DNA from: an uncultured Erysipelotrichaceae bacterium
Lineage (GTDB): Bacteria; Bacillota_I; Bacilli_A; RF39; UBA660
Direction of reading: 5' to 3'
Length of the DNA stretch: 60,081 nt
Assembly: GCA_902788735.1 (NCBI GenBank)
Contig: CADALJ010000002.1
Span: forward strand, 1-60,081
The stretch's first letter is position 1. Every line of letters begins with the position of its first letter. Below the pieces are notes generated by a model. The model ran no database searches and was not told the DNA's origin. It saw only the letters and a list, made by a program, of their open reading frames with translations. Below are positions 9,165 to 19,006 of this stretch, piece by piece. The translations under genes were made by a program, and so were the position numbers.

Positions 9165-10057
9165 TTTTTATATTGTTTAGTTTTTTCTATACCATGGTAT
9201 TTTTTATATTTTTCCATAACTACTTTATAATCAGTACATCCTACATCATAACCAAATTTAGGATTGCCCATTCCATCTGTTTTTGATACAGCATTTACAA
9301 AGTGGTCTCCGCTTCCTTGTCCTTCCAATACTCCAACATGTAGTGCTTCATCATTATATTTTATCTTACAAAAGTATCCACCATTACATGGGTGATGTTC
9401 TACATACTCAGATACTAATTCAAAGAATAGTGGTATTTTCTCTACTTTTTCTTTATCACTTATACTTATTTTACCTGAATTATAATCCCAATCATCAATA
9501 TAGAATCCACCATTATTCTTTTCAGTAAATTCTATTAACCATTCGATATATTCTGTGGAAGAAGCCATTTTTTCAATTTCTTCTACTCTTATTCTTTGTT
9601 TTTCCATCATTTCATTTAATAATTTTTGTGTTTTCTCATCTTCTAATCTAATAATTTCTTTTTCTTTTTCACAAAAGTATGAACTATTTTGTGCTTCTTC
9701 TTTTGTAATCCCTAGGGCTTTCATTTTCTTTTCTACTATTTCAACAAAATCAATCTTATTTATATATTCTAATGCTAGATTAGTTCCTTCTGAATTAAGA
9801 CTATATTCTAATTTATCTCTATATTTTTCATTAAATCTATATGTTTGCTCCTTAATAGGGTCAGAACAAAAAACAGAAAATGGTGTACTAGGATCGGCAT
9901 CATATGCTATTACAATATTTTTATCTTTTGCAGTTATATAAGCAATTCTTTCTAGTGTAAATATATATAGTAATTGATCTATTCTATTAAATCCATATTT
10001 AAATAATGCTGCTAGTATGCTCTCTGTAGTAATTAATTTCATATTATCAAAACTCAT
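9158..10057 (-). CDS. Hypothetical 299-aa protein
   Basis: Long ORF. No motif recognised. Confidence 0.5.
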   Translation of the reverse strand: MSFDNMKLITTESILAALFKYGFNRIDQLLYIFTLERIAYITAKDKNIVIAYDADPSTPFSVFCSDPIKEQTYRFNEKYRDKLEYSLNSEGTNLALEYINKIDFVEIVEKKMKALGITKEEAQNSSYFCEKEKEIIRLEDEKTQKLLNEMMEKQRIRVEEIEKMASSTEYIEWLIEFTEKNNGGFYIDDWDYNSGKISISDKEKVEKIPLFFELVSEYVEHHPCNGGYFCKIKYNDEALHVGVLEGQGSGDHFVNAVSKTDGMGNPKFGYDVGCTDYKVVMEKYKKYHGIEKTKQYKKD

Positions 10058-10101
10058 AGTATCACTCCTTAGTTCTATATACTAACATATATACATTATA
10101 A

Positions 10102-10125
10102 AAATCAAATATTTCTATTTGATTT
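10102..10125 (-). terminator. Terminator closing the abi-htrA four-gene unit
   Basis: AAATCAAAT-atttct-ATTTGATTT 9-bp stem followed by a T-run on the minus strand. Overlaps the stop at 10105. Confidence 0.55.
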
Positions 10126-10452
10126 TTCTTCTTCCTTTAAAATACCTTTTTTACTAAAACTTGTATGTAATCTTTCTATATCTTCCCTACTAAATCCACA
10201 GATTTCAGTTAATCTATTAAAGTCTTTTTCAGTGATAGTTCCGCAGGCTACTCTATTTCTTATTTCATCTAATTCTTCTTTTAAAGATATTTGATCTTTA
10301 TGCTCGTTTAACCATTCTTCTGAACATGATAAAAAGAATACCTCTTTGTCTGTTGGTTCATGGCCATTTTTTATTTTTTCTAATAATTCATCTGCTTCTT
10401 TACTAAAGTTTTTTCTGCTTTTAAAAAAATAATCATATGTATATGGATGCAT
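10105..10452 (-). CDS. Hypothetical 115-aa soluble protein
   Basis: Lies 8 nt downstream of the preceding ORF. No motif recognised. Confidence 0.5.
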   Translation of the reverse strand: MHPYTYDYFFKSRKNFSKEADELLEKIKNGHEPTDKEVFFLSCSEEWLNEHKDQISLKEELDEIRNRVACGTITEKDFNRLTEICGFSREDIERLHTSFSKKGILKEEEKSNRNI

Positions 10453-10460
10453 ATTATCAC

Positions 10461-10703
10461 CTATCTAAATAAATCTTTTATATTTTTAATACTTTGATCC
10501 GTTTCATTATATGTATCTAGTATTTCTTTATATGGTTCTATTGTTTCTATTACTTTATTATATACTATATAAGCTCCATATGATAATGCAACTATTAATA
10601 GTATAGATAATATTACTTTTACTACCATAAAAATAGTTCGTCTTTTTTCTTTTCTTTCTAATTTTTCTATTCTTTCCTCTAATTCTAATATTCTATCTTC
10701 CAT
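10461..10703 (-). CDS. 80-aa single-pass membrane protein with a coiled-coil N-terminus
   Basis: RILELEERIEKLERKEKRR followed by the TM helix IFMVVKVILSILLIVALSYGAYIV. Confidence 0.5.
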   Translation of the reverse strand: MEDRILELEERIEKLERKEKRRTIFMVVKVILSILLIVALSYGAYIVYNKVIETIEPYKEILDTYNETDQSIKNIKDLFR

Positions 10704-10711
10704 ATATACTC

Positions 10712-11695
10712 CTATGATAAAGATACTTTTATAAATCTTTTTATATTATTTCTCATAACAATTAATTTTACTTCATCTTTTGTTTTATATTCTAATAATT
10801 CACAGTTTAAAGTTAAAATATCTTTTACTTTCTTATTATTGATTCCTATTATTAAATCACCTTTTTTTAGATTATTATTATCTTCTAATACTACTATTCC
10901 ATCTTCTTTATTAATATCAATATTATTTTTTAATAATTCTGACGTATTATTTGAATCAGTTATTTTAACTCCTAAACTTGGAAATTTTATTTCTTTATTT
11001 TCTTCTAAATCTTTTATATGATTTATGGCATATTCTATTGGAATGGCAAAGCCCATACCTTCTATATCTTTATCTGATAGTTTTAGAGAAACTATTCCAA
11101 TTACTTCTCCATTAATATTTAATAATGGTCCTCCACTATTACCTTCATTTATAGCGGCATCTGTTTGTATTACTTTCATAAGTAATTCATCATCTTTTGT
11201 ATCTATCTTTACTAATCTATCTTTTCCTGAAATAATTCCTTGAGTAACTGTTCCTCTATAACCTAGTGGCGATCCTATAGTAAATACACTATCTCCTATT
11301 AATGCATTTTTACTATTATTTATTATAGCTACTTGATTAACATATTTTTTATCTATTCTTAATACTGCGATATCTAAATACTCATTTTTTCCTAATACTT
11401 CTGCTTTTGTAGTTTCATCTTTTGAATTTGTGATTTCTACATCACTAGTAATAATGTGTTCATTAGTAAGAATATAGCCGTATTTATTATCTTTTTTATA
11501 TATAAATCCTGTGCCATAATTACCATTTAATGTTTTTATAAATACAGTAGCATCATATACTTTACTTATAGAATTATTTAGCGATGTTTTTTCAAACATT
11601 TGAACTCTAGTTTTACTTGGTTTAGTTATAGTATATATACCCCATATTCCTAGAAGTAATATAATAACTAAAATAACTATATTTTTTTTATTCAC
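10712..11695 (-). CDS. htrA: HtrA/DegP-like S1C serine protease with a PDZ-like C-terminus, signal-anchored
   Basis: Catalytic His (LTNEHII), Asp (YLDIAVL) and Ser (GNSGGPLL), plus an N-terminal TM helix. Confidence 0.85.
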   Translation of the reverse strand: MNKKNIVILVIILLLGIWGIYTITKPSKTRVQMFEKTSLNNSISKVYDATVFIKTLNGNYGTGFIYKKDNKYGYILTNEHIITSDVEITNSKDETTKAEVLGKNEYLDIAVLRIDKKYVNQVAIINNSKNALIGDSVFTIGSPLGYRGTVTQGIISGKDRLVKIDTKDDELLMKVIQTDAAINEGNSGGPLLNINGEVIGIVSLKLSDKDIEGMGFAIPIEYAINHIKDLEENKEIKFPSLGVKITDSNNTSELLKNNIDINKEDGIVVLEDNNNLKKGDLIIGINNKKVKDILTLNCELLEYKTKDEVKLIVMRNNIKRFIKVSLS

Positions 11696-12644
11696 TCTTA
11701 TCTATACTCCTTTCAATCTTTGAAAGATCTTTCCAATTAAGAGGGAATCCCATTCTATCTAATACAGTATCTATTTTAATAGTATTTAAATTATAATTTA
11801 ATGTATTTATTATATTTTCTATTTCAAAAGACATATTTTTAAATTCATCTTGTTTTAGTATTTGTTTCATTATAATTATTAAAGCAAATAAATCATATTT
11901 ACCTTTTACATATTCATCTTCTTCTTTTGGTATTTTTAATAGTTTATGATATACTGTATCATCTATTGATTTTTGGGTTCTATTTTCATATAAAATATCT
12001 TCGTGAGCACATAAATTTCTATAGTTAGCTAGTATTGGTAAATATACTATTAGTGTATCTACTTCTATACCAAATATACTAGCGATTTCTTTTTGATCTT
12101 CTGGTTTTAATACTTGGAATAATTCACTTATAATTCCAAAAGATAATACTTTAACTAAAATCCATAATGGAATATATCCGTAATTAGAAGCATAGTGTTG
12201 AGTAGCTGTATGTTGGGATCCATTTACTCTTATTTGTCTTTTCATTTTTCTTAATAAGTCATTTAATTGAGCTTGTTTTTCTGGAGCTGTAGTAAAGTTA
12301 TTATTCTTTAAATAATCTTTTTCTTTATAACCATATTTCTTAGATAATTGGTATGAGAAAATTGATTTTAAATTATTCTCTATTACTAATAAATATTTGA
12401 ATATAATATTTCTTAAAGCTCTATCAAATAGAAATAGACTATATAATTCTTCAAATGTAGTACCTTGTTTAAATGTTCTATCTTTATTTACAAAAAGGTG
12501 ACGATAACCATTTATAAAGAAATAGTTTTCTCTTAATAATACTTCTTTTGCGTATCTAACATCACTAATTTTTAATCCTTTGTTTTTTAAGATATCTATT
12601 TGCTCATCTAATGTTTTAAATTTTTTTTCTATCATATGTCTCAC
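11688..12644 (-). CDS. Abi_2 (AbiD/AbiF-like) abortive-infection protein, HEPN-type
   Basis: KTLDEQIDILKNKGL, NYFFINGY, IPLWILVKVLSFG and the R-x4-H motif YRNLCAHED. Confidence 0.8.
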   Translation of the reverse strand: MRHMIEKKFKTLDEQIDILKNKGLKISDVRYAKEVLLRENYFFINGYRHLFVNKDRTFKQGTTFEELYSLFLFDRALRNIIFKYLLVIENNLKSIFSYQLSKKYGYKEKDYLKNNNFTTAPEKQAQLNDLLRKMKRQIRVNGSQHTATQHYASNYGYIPLWILVKVLSFGIISELFQVLKPEDQKEIASIFGIEVDTLIVYLPILANYRNLCAHEDILYENRTQKSIDDTVYHKLLKIPKEEDEYVKGKYDLFALIIIMKQILKQDEFKNMSFEIENIINTLNYNLNTIKIDTVLDRMGFPLNWKDLSKIERSIDKSE

Positions 12645-12727
12645 CTATTATAAATTATAACACAATATATATAAAAATAATATAATTAGTGTTATAATAT
12701 AATTACTGTTTACTAAGGAGGTTTTTT

Positions 12728-13696
12728 ATGCCAGCAACTATAACCCATTCTTATTTTATGAAGGATTTATATGAGGTATTACCTAATAGTATTACTTCTA
12801 AAATAGATTTAAATAGATCTAAAATGTTTGCTCAAAGTACTGATAGTATTATGTTTTATAATTTATTATCAATAAAACCTAGTCATAATTTACGTAAATT
12901 TCAATATTACTTTCATACTCATAAAACTAATGATTTTTTTATTAATTTATTAGATTATGTTAAAGAACATGATATTGATGATAAAGATACTTATTCATTT
13001 ATAGTAGGATTTATAACTCATTTTGTATTAGATTCTAATATACATCCATATATAATATATAAAACTGGGTTCTTTGATAAAAAGAAAAAAGAGACTTATA
13101 AATATAATGGTATTCATCATTTTATGGAGACTTTTTTAGATAATGATTTAATTAAAAGAAGAGAAAATACTGATCCTTATAAGTTTAATATATCTAAGTT
13201 TTGTTTTGATACTAAGAAGTTTTCTAATGATTTAAATAATACTATTGATTATACATTCTATACTACTTTTAATATTAAAAATATGTCTTATAAATATTAT
13301 AGATCTTTAAAACAAATGAAAACATATTTAAGATTATTTAGAATGGATAGATTTGGTATTAAGAAATTCTTTTATAAAATAATTGATACTTTTACACCTA
13401 GAAGTATGTTTAGATTTGAGGCTGTTAGTTATCATCTTCCATTAGAAGATAAACATAATTATTTAAATAATAACCATACTATGTGGAAAAATCCTGTTGA
13501 TGATAATATTACAAGTACTGAATCATTTGTTGATTTATATTTAAGATCTTTAGAAGAAGCTAGAAATATAAGTATAAAGATATTTGAATATTTAAATGGT
13601 AAAGATATAGATTTAAAAAGTTTATTCTTAAATAAAAGTTATGTTTCTGGACTAGATTGTGACATAGAAAAAGAATTAAAATATTTTGAATTTTAA
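12728..13696 (+). CDS. Possible zinc-dependent phospholipase C-family protein
   Basis: N-terminal MPATITHSYF and internal GFITHFVLDSNIHPYI resemble His-rich motifs of that family. Assigned from memory only. Confidence 0.4.
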   Translation: MPATITHSYFMKDLYEVLPNSITSKIDLNRSKMFAQSTDSIMFYNLLSIKPSHNLRKFQYYFHTHKTNDFFINLLDYVKEHDIDDKDTYSFIVGFITHFVLDSNIHPYIIYKTGFFDKKKKETYKYNGIHHFMETFLDNDLIKRRENTDPYKFNISKFCFDTKKFSNDLNNTIDYTFYTTFNIKNMSYKYYRSLKQMKTYLRLFRMDRFGIKKFFYKIIDTFTPRSMFRFEAVSYHLPLEDKHNYLNNNHTMWKNPVDDNITSTESFVDLYLRSLEEARNISIKIFEYLNGKDIDLKSLFLNKSYVSGLDCDIEKELKYFEF

Positions 13697-13706
13697 TTCT
13701 TTTTTA

Positions 13707-13925
13707 TTATTTTAATAATTCTTTTAATCCTTCTATTGCTTCATCGGCATCTTTGTTAATACTTACAGTATTCTCTAAGAATTTAGAATATCCTTCTACA
13801 GTAGTAGCAAAATCTTCTATTTCTTTTAAATTTCTTTTAGAGGCTAATTCTTTTACTATATCAGATTCTTTTTTTAATTCTTGTGAAATTAATAAGATAT
13901 CATCATAACTTAGTTTATCAATCAT
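13707..13925 (-). CDS. 72-aa helical protein, candidate T7SS-associated small protein
   Basis: Start overlaps the stop of the 67-aa ORF by 8 nt. Predicted two-helix composition. No WXG motif. Confidence 0.45.
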   Translation of the reverse strand: MIDKLSYDDILLISQELKKESDIVKELASKRNLKEIEDFATTVEGYSKFLENTVSINKDADEAIEGLKELLK

Positions 13926-14121
13926 TTCCTAATGCCTCCAAAGATTTTGTTTCTTGTACTTCTGTTTTAAATTTATCTGCATTTTGGATTACATCTTTTT
14001 TATATTCTTCAATACTTTCAATATAGTTTTTATTGTCTAAACTAGACCATCCTACTTTCATTTTACTTAAATAGTCAAATATTTTATTTATTGAAGTTAC
14101 ATAAGCATTATAATCTGACAT
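13918..14121 (-). CDS. 67-aa helical protein, divergent WXG100-like candidate
   Basis: KVGWSSLDNKNYIESI resembles the WxG turn region but reads W-S-S. Lies 10 nt downstream of the YukD-like gene. Confidence 0.4.
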   Translation of the reverse strand: MSDYNAYVTSINKIFDYLSKMKVGWSSLDNKNYIESIEEYKKDVIQNADKFKTEVQETKSLEALGND

Positions 14122-14131
14122 AGTATCCCTC

Positions 14132-14389
14132 CTATAATAGTATTATTCTAGATCCATTTTGTAGATCTGTATCTTTTACTGTTTTATTAACATCATATAT
14201 TTCACCAGTATCTTTACTATAAAGATTTGCATCTTCTCTAATTTCATAATCATTGCCTGTTAAATCTGATAAAGAGTTTTCTATTAGTTTTTTTATTGTA
14301 CCTATTTTTTTATTTATAGGTATAAATAAATCATATTTTTTTTCTATTAGAGGTATTTCTAATTCTATTAGTATTTTATTCTTATTCAT
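14132..14389 (-). CDS. esaB: YukD/EsaB-like ubiquitin-fold T7SS protein
   Basis: 85 aa with alternating hydrophobic beta pattern and C-terminal DLQNGSRIILL. Immediately follows essC. Confidence 0.7.
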   Translation of the reverse strand: MNKNKILIELEIPLIEKKYDLFIPINKKIGTIKKLIENSLSDLTGNDYEIREDANLYSKDTGEIYDVNKTVKDTDLQNGSRIILL

Positions 14390-14398
14390 AATATCCTC

Positions 14399-17300
14399 CT
14401 ATTCATCAGACATTAATTTAATTAGAGTAGCTTTTCCTTTTCTAATTATATATCCAAATCCTGGTTCTACTTCGGTTCTTAATAATCTAGAGTTAGTAGT
14501 TACTTTTAATGTAAATTGTTCTCCTATACCATTACCTAACCATATACCTTCAGATAAATCAACATTTGGTTTATACCATGGTTCATAAGCTAGAGCTTTA
14601 ATTGAATCTAATTTATCTATTATTATAATTCTAATATTTCCTTTAGCTTTACAACTATTAATTACATCAGTAAATTTAGGTTTATCTACTGGATCAAATT
14701 TATTTATTAAGGAATTAACATTATACATAAAGCATACTATTAGTTTTTCAGGGTTATTATTATTAAATATTTCTGCTAATTTTTCAAATGATTTATCACA
14801 TAAACCATTACTATACGTAATTCTATCTCTAGATATTTCTCCTAAAACATTATCAGTATCAAATATTACACATTCAGCATTATTCATCATTAAGACATTA
14901 TTGATTAAACCTTTAATAAATTTTGTTTCATTTGAAACATCATCACCTGTAATATTATACATAAATTCATTTTTAAGATTTAATGTAGCAATATTTAATG
15001 TATCTTTTTCTACACCAATTGGTAATGTTTCACTTGAGCCTAAATAGTTACTTACAAATTCTTGATTAACAACATCTGGAAGTATTGGTATTTTATCTGC
15101 TTTATATTCACAAATTTCATTTAATTTTTTAGAAACAATTTTAATATAATCACTCATTTTGTCTTCTTTGTAACTATATGCAGTCTGGAATTCATAAACA
15201 TTGTCTAATCCTATTAAACCACGTCCGTATACTTTAGATGGTTCTTTCTTTCTTGCACCTGGAATTATTGCAGAATAATCTCCTGGATCATTAAATTGAA
15301 GAACTAGGTTTTGTTTAAAGTTTTGTTTTAAACGATATCTAAGAGTATTAGCACCATTTGTAGTAATAACAAAACATACTCCATATTTTAAACAATCTCT
15401 TGTCATTTGAGCTAACATATCTTCATATTGTGAATATGTTTCCAAGAATGCTTCTATATTATTAATAACTACTGTGATAAATGGCATTTGTTTACCACCA
15501 TGTTTAATATAGAAATCATATGAACCATTGTAGTCTATGAATATTTTCTTTCTTTCTTCAATAATACCATTAATCATTTTGAATAAATTATCAATTTTTT
15601 CAGCATCATTAGAAAGAATTACTTCTCCTACATGAGGAGCTTGTCTAAACATAGTTAATGTTTCTGCACCAAAATCTATAATATAGAAATTAGCCTCACG
15701 AGTATCATGAGTAGTTATTGTAGAATAAATAATACTTGAAAGCATTAATTCTTTACCAGTACCTGCACTACCATAAATAATAGTATTTCCTTCTTCTGAA
15801 AGAGGTAATGTAAGAATATTTTGAATTTGATTTTCAGGATCATCATATTCTCCAATTACTGGATTAATAACATTTTTAACTGGTTGATAGTTGTATTTTG
15901 TTTTTAAATCATCAATATAAATTACATCAGGTATTCTATCTAACCACAATTTATTTATTCTTATATTTTCTTTGTTAGCTTCATCTACTATATATTTAAT
16001 AATATTAGTAATTTCTTCTCCTTGAGAAGGAGTTTGAATTTCATCAATTTTTGTATCTAATTGTTTAATAGTATTACCTACATTATCAATTATATTTATT
16101 GATTGGTCTATTTTTTTCTTTCTCTTTTCTGTTGGATAGTATTGAGCTCCAGCCCATGCTGCTTGACCTAATGCAAATAATTCATTATAACCTACTTGTA
16201 GATAGAATCTACCAGTTTGTTTTAATTCTGCTGCATCAGGACATTTAATCATATCCATAGAATCTGATTTATCTTGTACTTTTAAACATATTCTAAATTT
16301 AGAGTTTGACCATATTTGATCATTTACTACTCCACTAGGTTTTTGTGTAGCTAGAATTAAGTGTACTCCTAAACTACGACCAATACGTGCAGTAGATATT
16401 AATTGGTCCATAAATTCTGGACGTTGATCTTTTAATTCAGCAAATTCATCAGAAATTATAAATAAATGTGATATTGGTTTATCTACTAAACCTCTTCTAT
16501 ATAGACTTTGGTATTTGTAGATATCAATAGTACTTTCATTTAATTTATCTCTTGCTTCATTGAATAATCTTTGTCTTTTACGAAGTTCTGATTGAATAGA
16601 AGCTAATGATCTATTCATTTCTACTGTATCTAAGTTTGTAATAGTTCCTGCAATATGAGGAAGTTTTACTCCTGTTTCTCTATTTTCAAAAGCTCCAGTT
16701 AATCCTCCACCTTTATAGTCTATAAGTATAAATGATACTTCATATGGATGATAATTCAAAGCCATTGAAAGAATATATGTAATAATAAATTCTGATTTAC
16801 CACTTCCTGTCATACCAGCAATTAATCCATGTGGACCATGAGCTTTTTCATGTAAATCTAATTTAAATAATTCTCTTGATTTATCTAAACCTACTGGTAC
16901 TGATAAAGATTTAGTAGGATCATTATTTTTCCATCTACTTAAAATATTGAATTGTTCTACCATACCAATATTATACATTTCTAGGAATGATACACTATTT
17001 GGTAATACTCTATTTTCTTTTGATATATCTATTGGAATATTAGCTATTATCTTACATGCCTCATACATATTAAGTGTTGGATCAGTATCGGCATCAAATT
17101 CTTTTTGTTTATTTGAAACTAATTCATTTTCAAATACTCCTGATTTTGTATCTCCAATACTTATAAATGTTTTACATTCATTTGGAATATTAACTAATCT
17201 TGGACTTATTACTACTAAACTGAATCCATAGTTAATTGGCATTTCACATATATCTTTTACTAATTCTAGATCTCTTACCATTTTATAGTCATCAGTAATA

Positions 17301-18967
17301 ATTAAATAGTATGGTTTATATTTATGATAATCATCTTTACTAGGTTCCATTTTTCCATTATTATCATGGAATTTTCTTTGTTGCATTGATTTTTCTAATT
17401 CTAGAGATATTTCTTTTGCTTCATCTAAATTAGTTGCAAAATAACGAACAGACTTATCATCACTCCAGTTATGTGGAGCTATTTTTAAGTAATCCCATTT
17501 AGATGAGTTTTGTTCATTAGTTAATACTACTATTTTTAAATCTTCATAACTATGATAAGCAATTACTTGTAGTAGTAATCCTTCTAAAAACTGTTGTTTA
17601 TTCTCAGCTGTTCCTATAATAGCAGTTATATTTTTTTCTATGAAGTTAAGTGTCACAGGTACATTTTCTAACATACGTGACTCTGCGCCTACTTTAAATA
17701 CTTCTTTCAATAATTCATCATCTTTTACAGAAAAATGTTCTTCTGGGATACTTAATTTTCCTTTAAATTCAGTAGATCCTACTCCAAGTCTTAAATTTAG
17801 AAAATCATCTTGTTCTAATTCTCTTTCCCATAGATTTCTTTTCTTTTCATATATTATTTCTTTTATTTGTTGTAGTGGAAGATAGTTATCAATCATTATT
17901 TGTCTTTGTATCTTCATTTCATTTTGTAGTTTTTCTTTCTTCTCTTCCAAATACTTTAAGTATTTTGCTTTTCTTTCTTGAAGAGTTTTTCTTCTTTGTC
18001 TTTTTTGATATGCTTTTTGTAGACTTGGCCATAATAACATAGTTGCTATCATTGCCCCTGAAATTAAAAGTGTTGGAAATACTTGTGATAAATCAGCAGT
18101 TCCATTAATAACACTTGATAGAGCATTATATCCTGTCATCATTGACATCATTGCCATTGTAAGCATTGGCCCTATTGTATAAATCATTGGTGTTTTATCT
18201 TCTTCAGGTTCTGCAGGTGGTGGATCAATTGCTATTACTGTTTCCTCAATACCTGTTTTAAATCTTGGTGCTCTATAAAAATAATCATCTTCTCCAAAGA
18301 ATTCTATATTTTCTTCATCAGGATTATCCATTTCTGTTTGTCTTTGAATAAGTGCATCTTGTCTTATTAATACGCTTTCATCTATTTTTACATGATTAGG
18401 AATATTGCTTACTATTATTCCATCTTTCATTGGAATTATCTTTAATCCCATGATGAAAATAATATCACCATATTCTAATTCTTGTGATGTTATTGCATTA
18501 TTATTAACATATGTACCATATTTACTATTTAAATCTTGTATTATCCATTTTCCATTATTATAAATTAGTCTTGCTTGTTGTTTTGATACTAATGGGTAAT
18601 TATAATATATAGTGTTTTTTCCATCATTACCAATGGTAATTTCTTTATTAGAATTTATTCTTAATCTAAAAATATTTTTATCTACAGAAGGTGAACAATA
18701 TAATATGACATATTCATTATCTGTATTTATTTTTAAAAAGTATAAGCTATAATCTTTTAATATTGCTGATTCTACTTCTTGGTCTCCAGACATTATCTTT
18801 GTCTCAAAGTCACTTTTAATTTTCCACTCGCCGTTATATTCTTCTACGTTGATAAGGTTTCGTACATTTCCAAAATAATCATTATCGGTAATCCAGTAAT
18901 TACCAGATACTTCTGATGGCAAAGAAAAGTTATAAATTTTTTTCTTTTTGATCAATCTAACTATCAC
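14399..18967 (-). CDS. essC: EssC/YukB-type FtsK-SpoIIIE ATPase of a type VIIb secretion system
   Basis: 1522 aa with an N-terminal FHA-like region and two TM helices. Walker A motifs GMTGSGKSEF and GSAGTGKEL, with a degenerate third ATPase domain. GTG start with a GGGGTGA RBS. Confidence 0.92.
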   Translation of the reverse strand: MIVRLIKKKKIYNFSLPSEVSGNYWITDNDYFGNVRNLINVEEYNGEWKIKSDFETKIMSGDQEVESAILKDYSLYFLKINTDNEYVILYCSPSVDKNIFRLRINSNKEITIGNDGKNTIYYNYPLVSKQQARLIYNNGKWIIQDLNSKYGTYVNNNAITSQELEYGDIIFIMGLKIIPMKDGIIVSNIPNHVKIDESVLIRQDALIQRQTEMDNPDEENIEFFGEDDYFYRAPRFKTGIEETVIAIDPPPAEPEEDKTPMIYTIGPMLTMAMMSMMTGYNALSSVINGTADLSQVFPTLLISGAMIATMLLWPSLQKAYQKRQRRKTLQERKAKYLKYLEEKKEKLQNEMKIQRQIMIDNYLPLQQIKEIIYEKKRNLWERELEQDDFLNLRLGVGSTEFKGKLSIPEEHFSVKDDELLKEVFKVGAESRMLENVPVTLNFIEKNITAIIGTAENKQQFLEGLLLQVIAYHSYEDLKIVVLTNEQNSSKWDYLKIAPHNWSDDKSVRYFATNLDEAKEISLELEKSMQQRKFHDNNGKMEPSKDDYHKYKPYYLIITDDYKMVRDLELVKDICEMPINYGFSLVVISPRLVNIPNECKTFISIGDTKSGVFENELVSNKQKEFDADTDPTLNMYEACKIIANIPIDISKENRVLPNSVSFLEMYNIGMVEQFNILSRWKNNDPTKSLSVPVGLDKSRELFKLDLHEKAHGPHGLIAGMTGSGKSEFIITYILSMALNYHPYEVSFILIDYKGGGLTGAFENRETGVKLPHIAGTITNLDTVEMNRSLASIQSELRKRQRLFNEARDKLNESTIDIYKYQSLYRRGLVDKPISHLFIISDEFAELKDQRPEFMDQLISTARIGRSLGVHLILATQKPSGVVNDQIWSNSKFRICLKVQDKSDSMDMIKCPDAAELKQTGRFYLQVGYNELFALGQAAWAGAQYYPTEKRKKKIDQSINIIDNVGNTIKQLDTKIDEIQTPSQGEEITNIIKYIVDEANKENIRINKLWLDRIPDVIYIDDLKTKYNYQPVKNVINPVIGEYDDPENQIQNILTLPLSEEGNTIIYGSAGTGKELMLSSIIYSTITTHDTREANFYIIDFGAETLTMFRQAPHVGEVILSNDAEKIDNLFKMINGIIEERKKIFIDYNGSYDFYIKHGGKQMPFITVVINNIEAFLETYSQYEDMLAQMTRDCLKYGVCFVITTNGANTLRYRLKQNFKQNLVLQFNDPGDYSAIIPGARKKEPSKVYGRGLIGLDNVYEFQTAYSYKEDKMSDYIKIVSKKLNEICEYKADKIPILPDVVNQEFVSNYLGSSETLPIGVEKDTLNIATLNLKNEFMYNITGDDVSNETKFIKGLINNVLMMNNAECVIFDTDNVLGEISRDRITYSNGLCDKSFEKLAEIFNNNNPEKLIVCFMYNVNSLINKFDPVDKPKFTDVINSCKAKGNIRIIIIDKLDSIKALAYEPWYKPNVDLSEGIWLGNGIGEQFTLKVTTNSRLLRTEVEPGFGYIIRKGKATLIKLMSDE

Positions 18968-19006
18968 TAGATATCACCCCGTATATTATTCTTCATTCTA
19001 TATTTA

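Noticed and set aside
9283-9941. Plus-strand ORFs of 81 and 128 aa
   Set aside because: Antisense shadows inside ORF 9158..10057, with low-complexity Phe/Ser/Ile-rich translations.
14253-17885. Plus-strand ORFs 14253..14588, 16947..17231 and 17640..17885
   Set aside because: All are antisense to the esaB and essC coding sequence. Such ORFs are expected by chance in AT-rich DNA that is read with few stops on the reverse strand.
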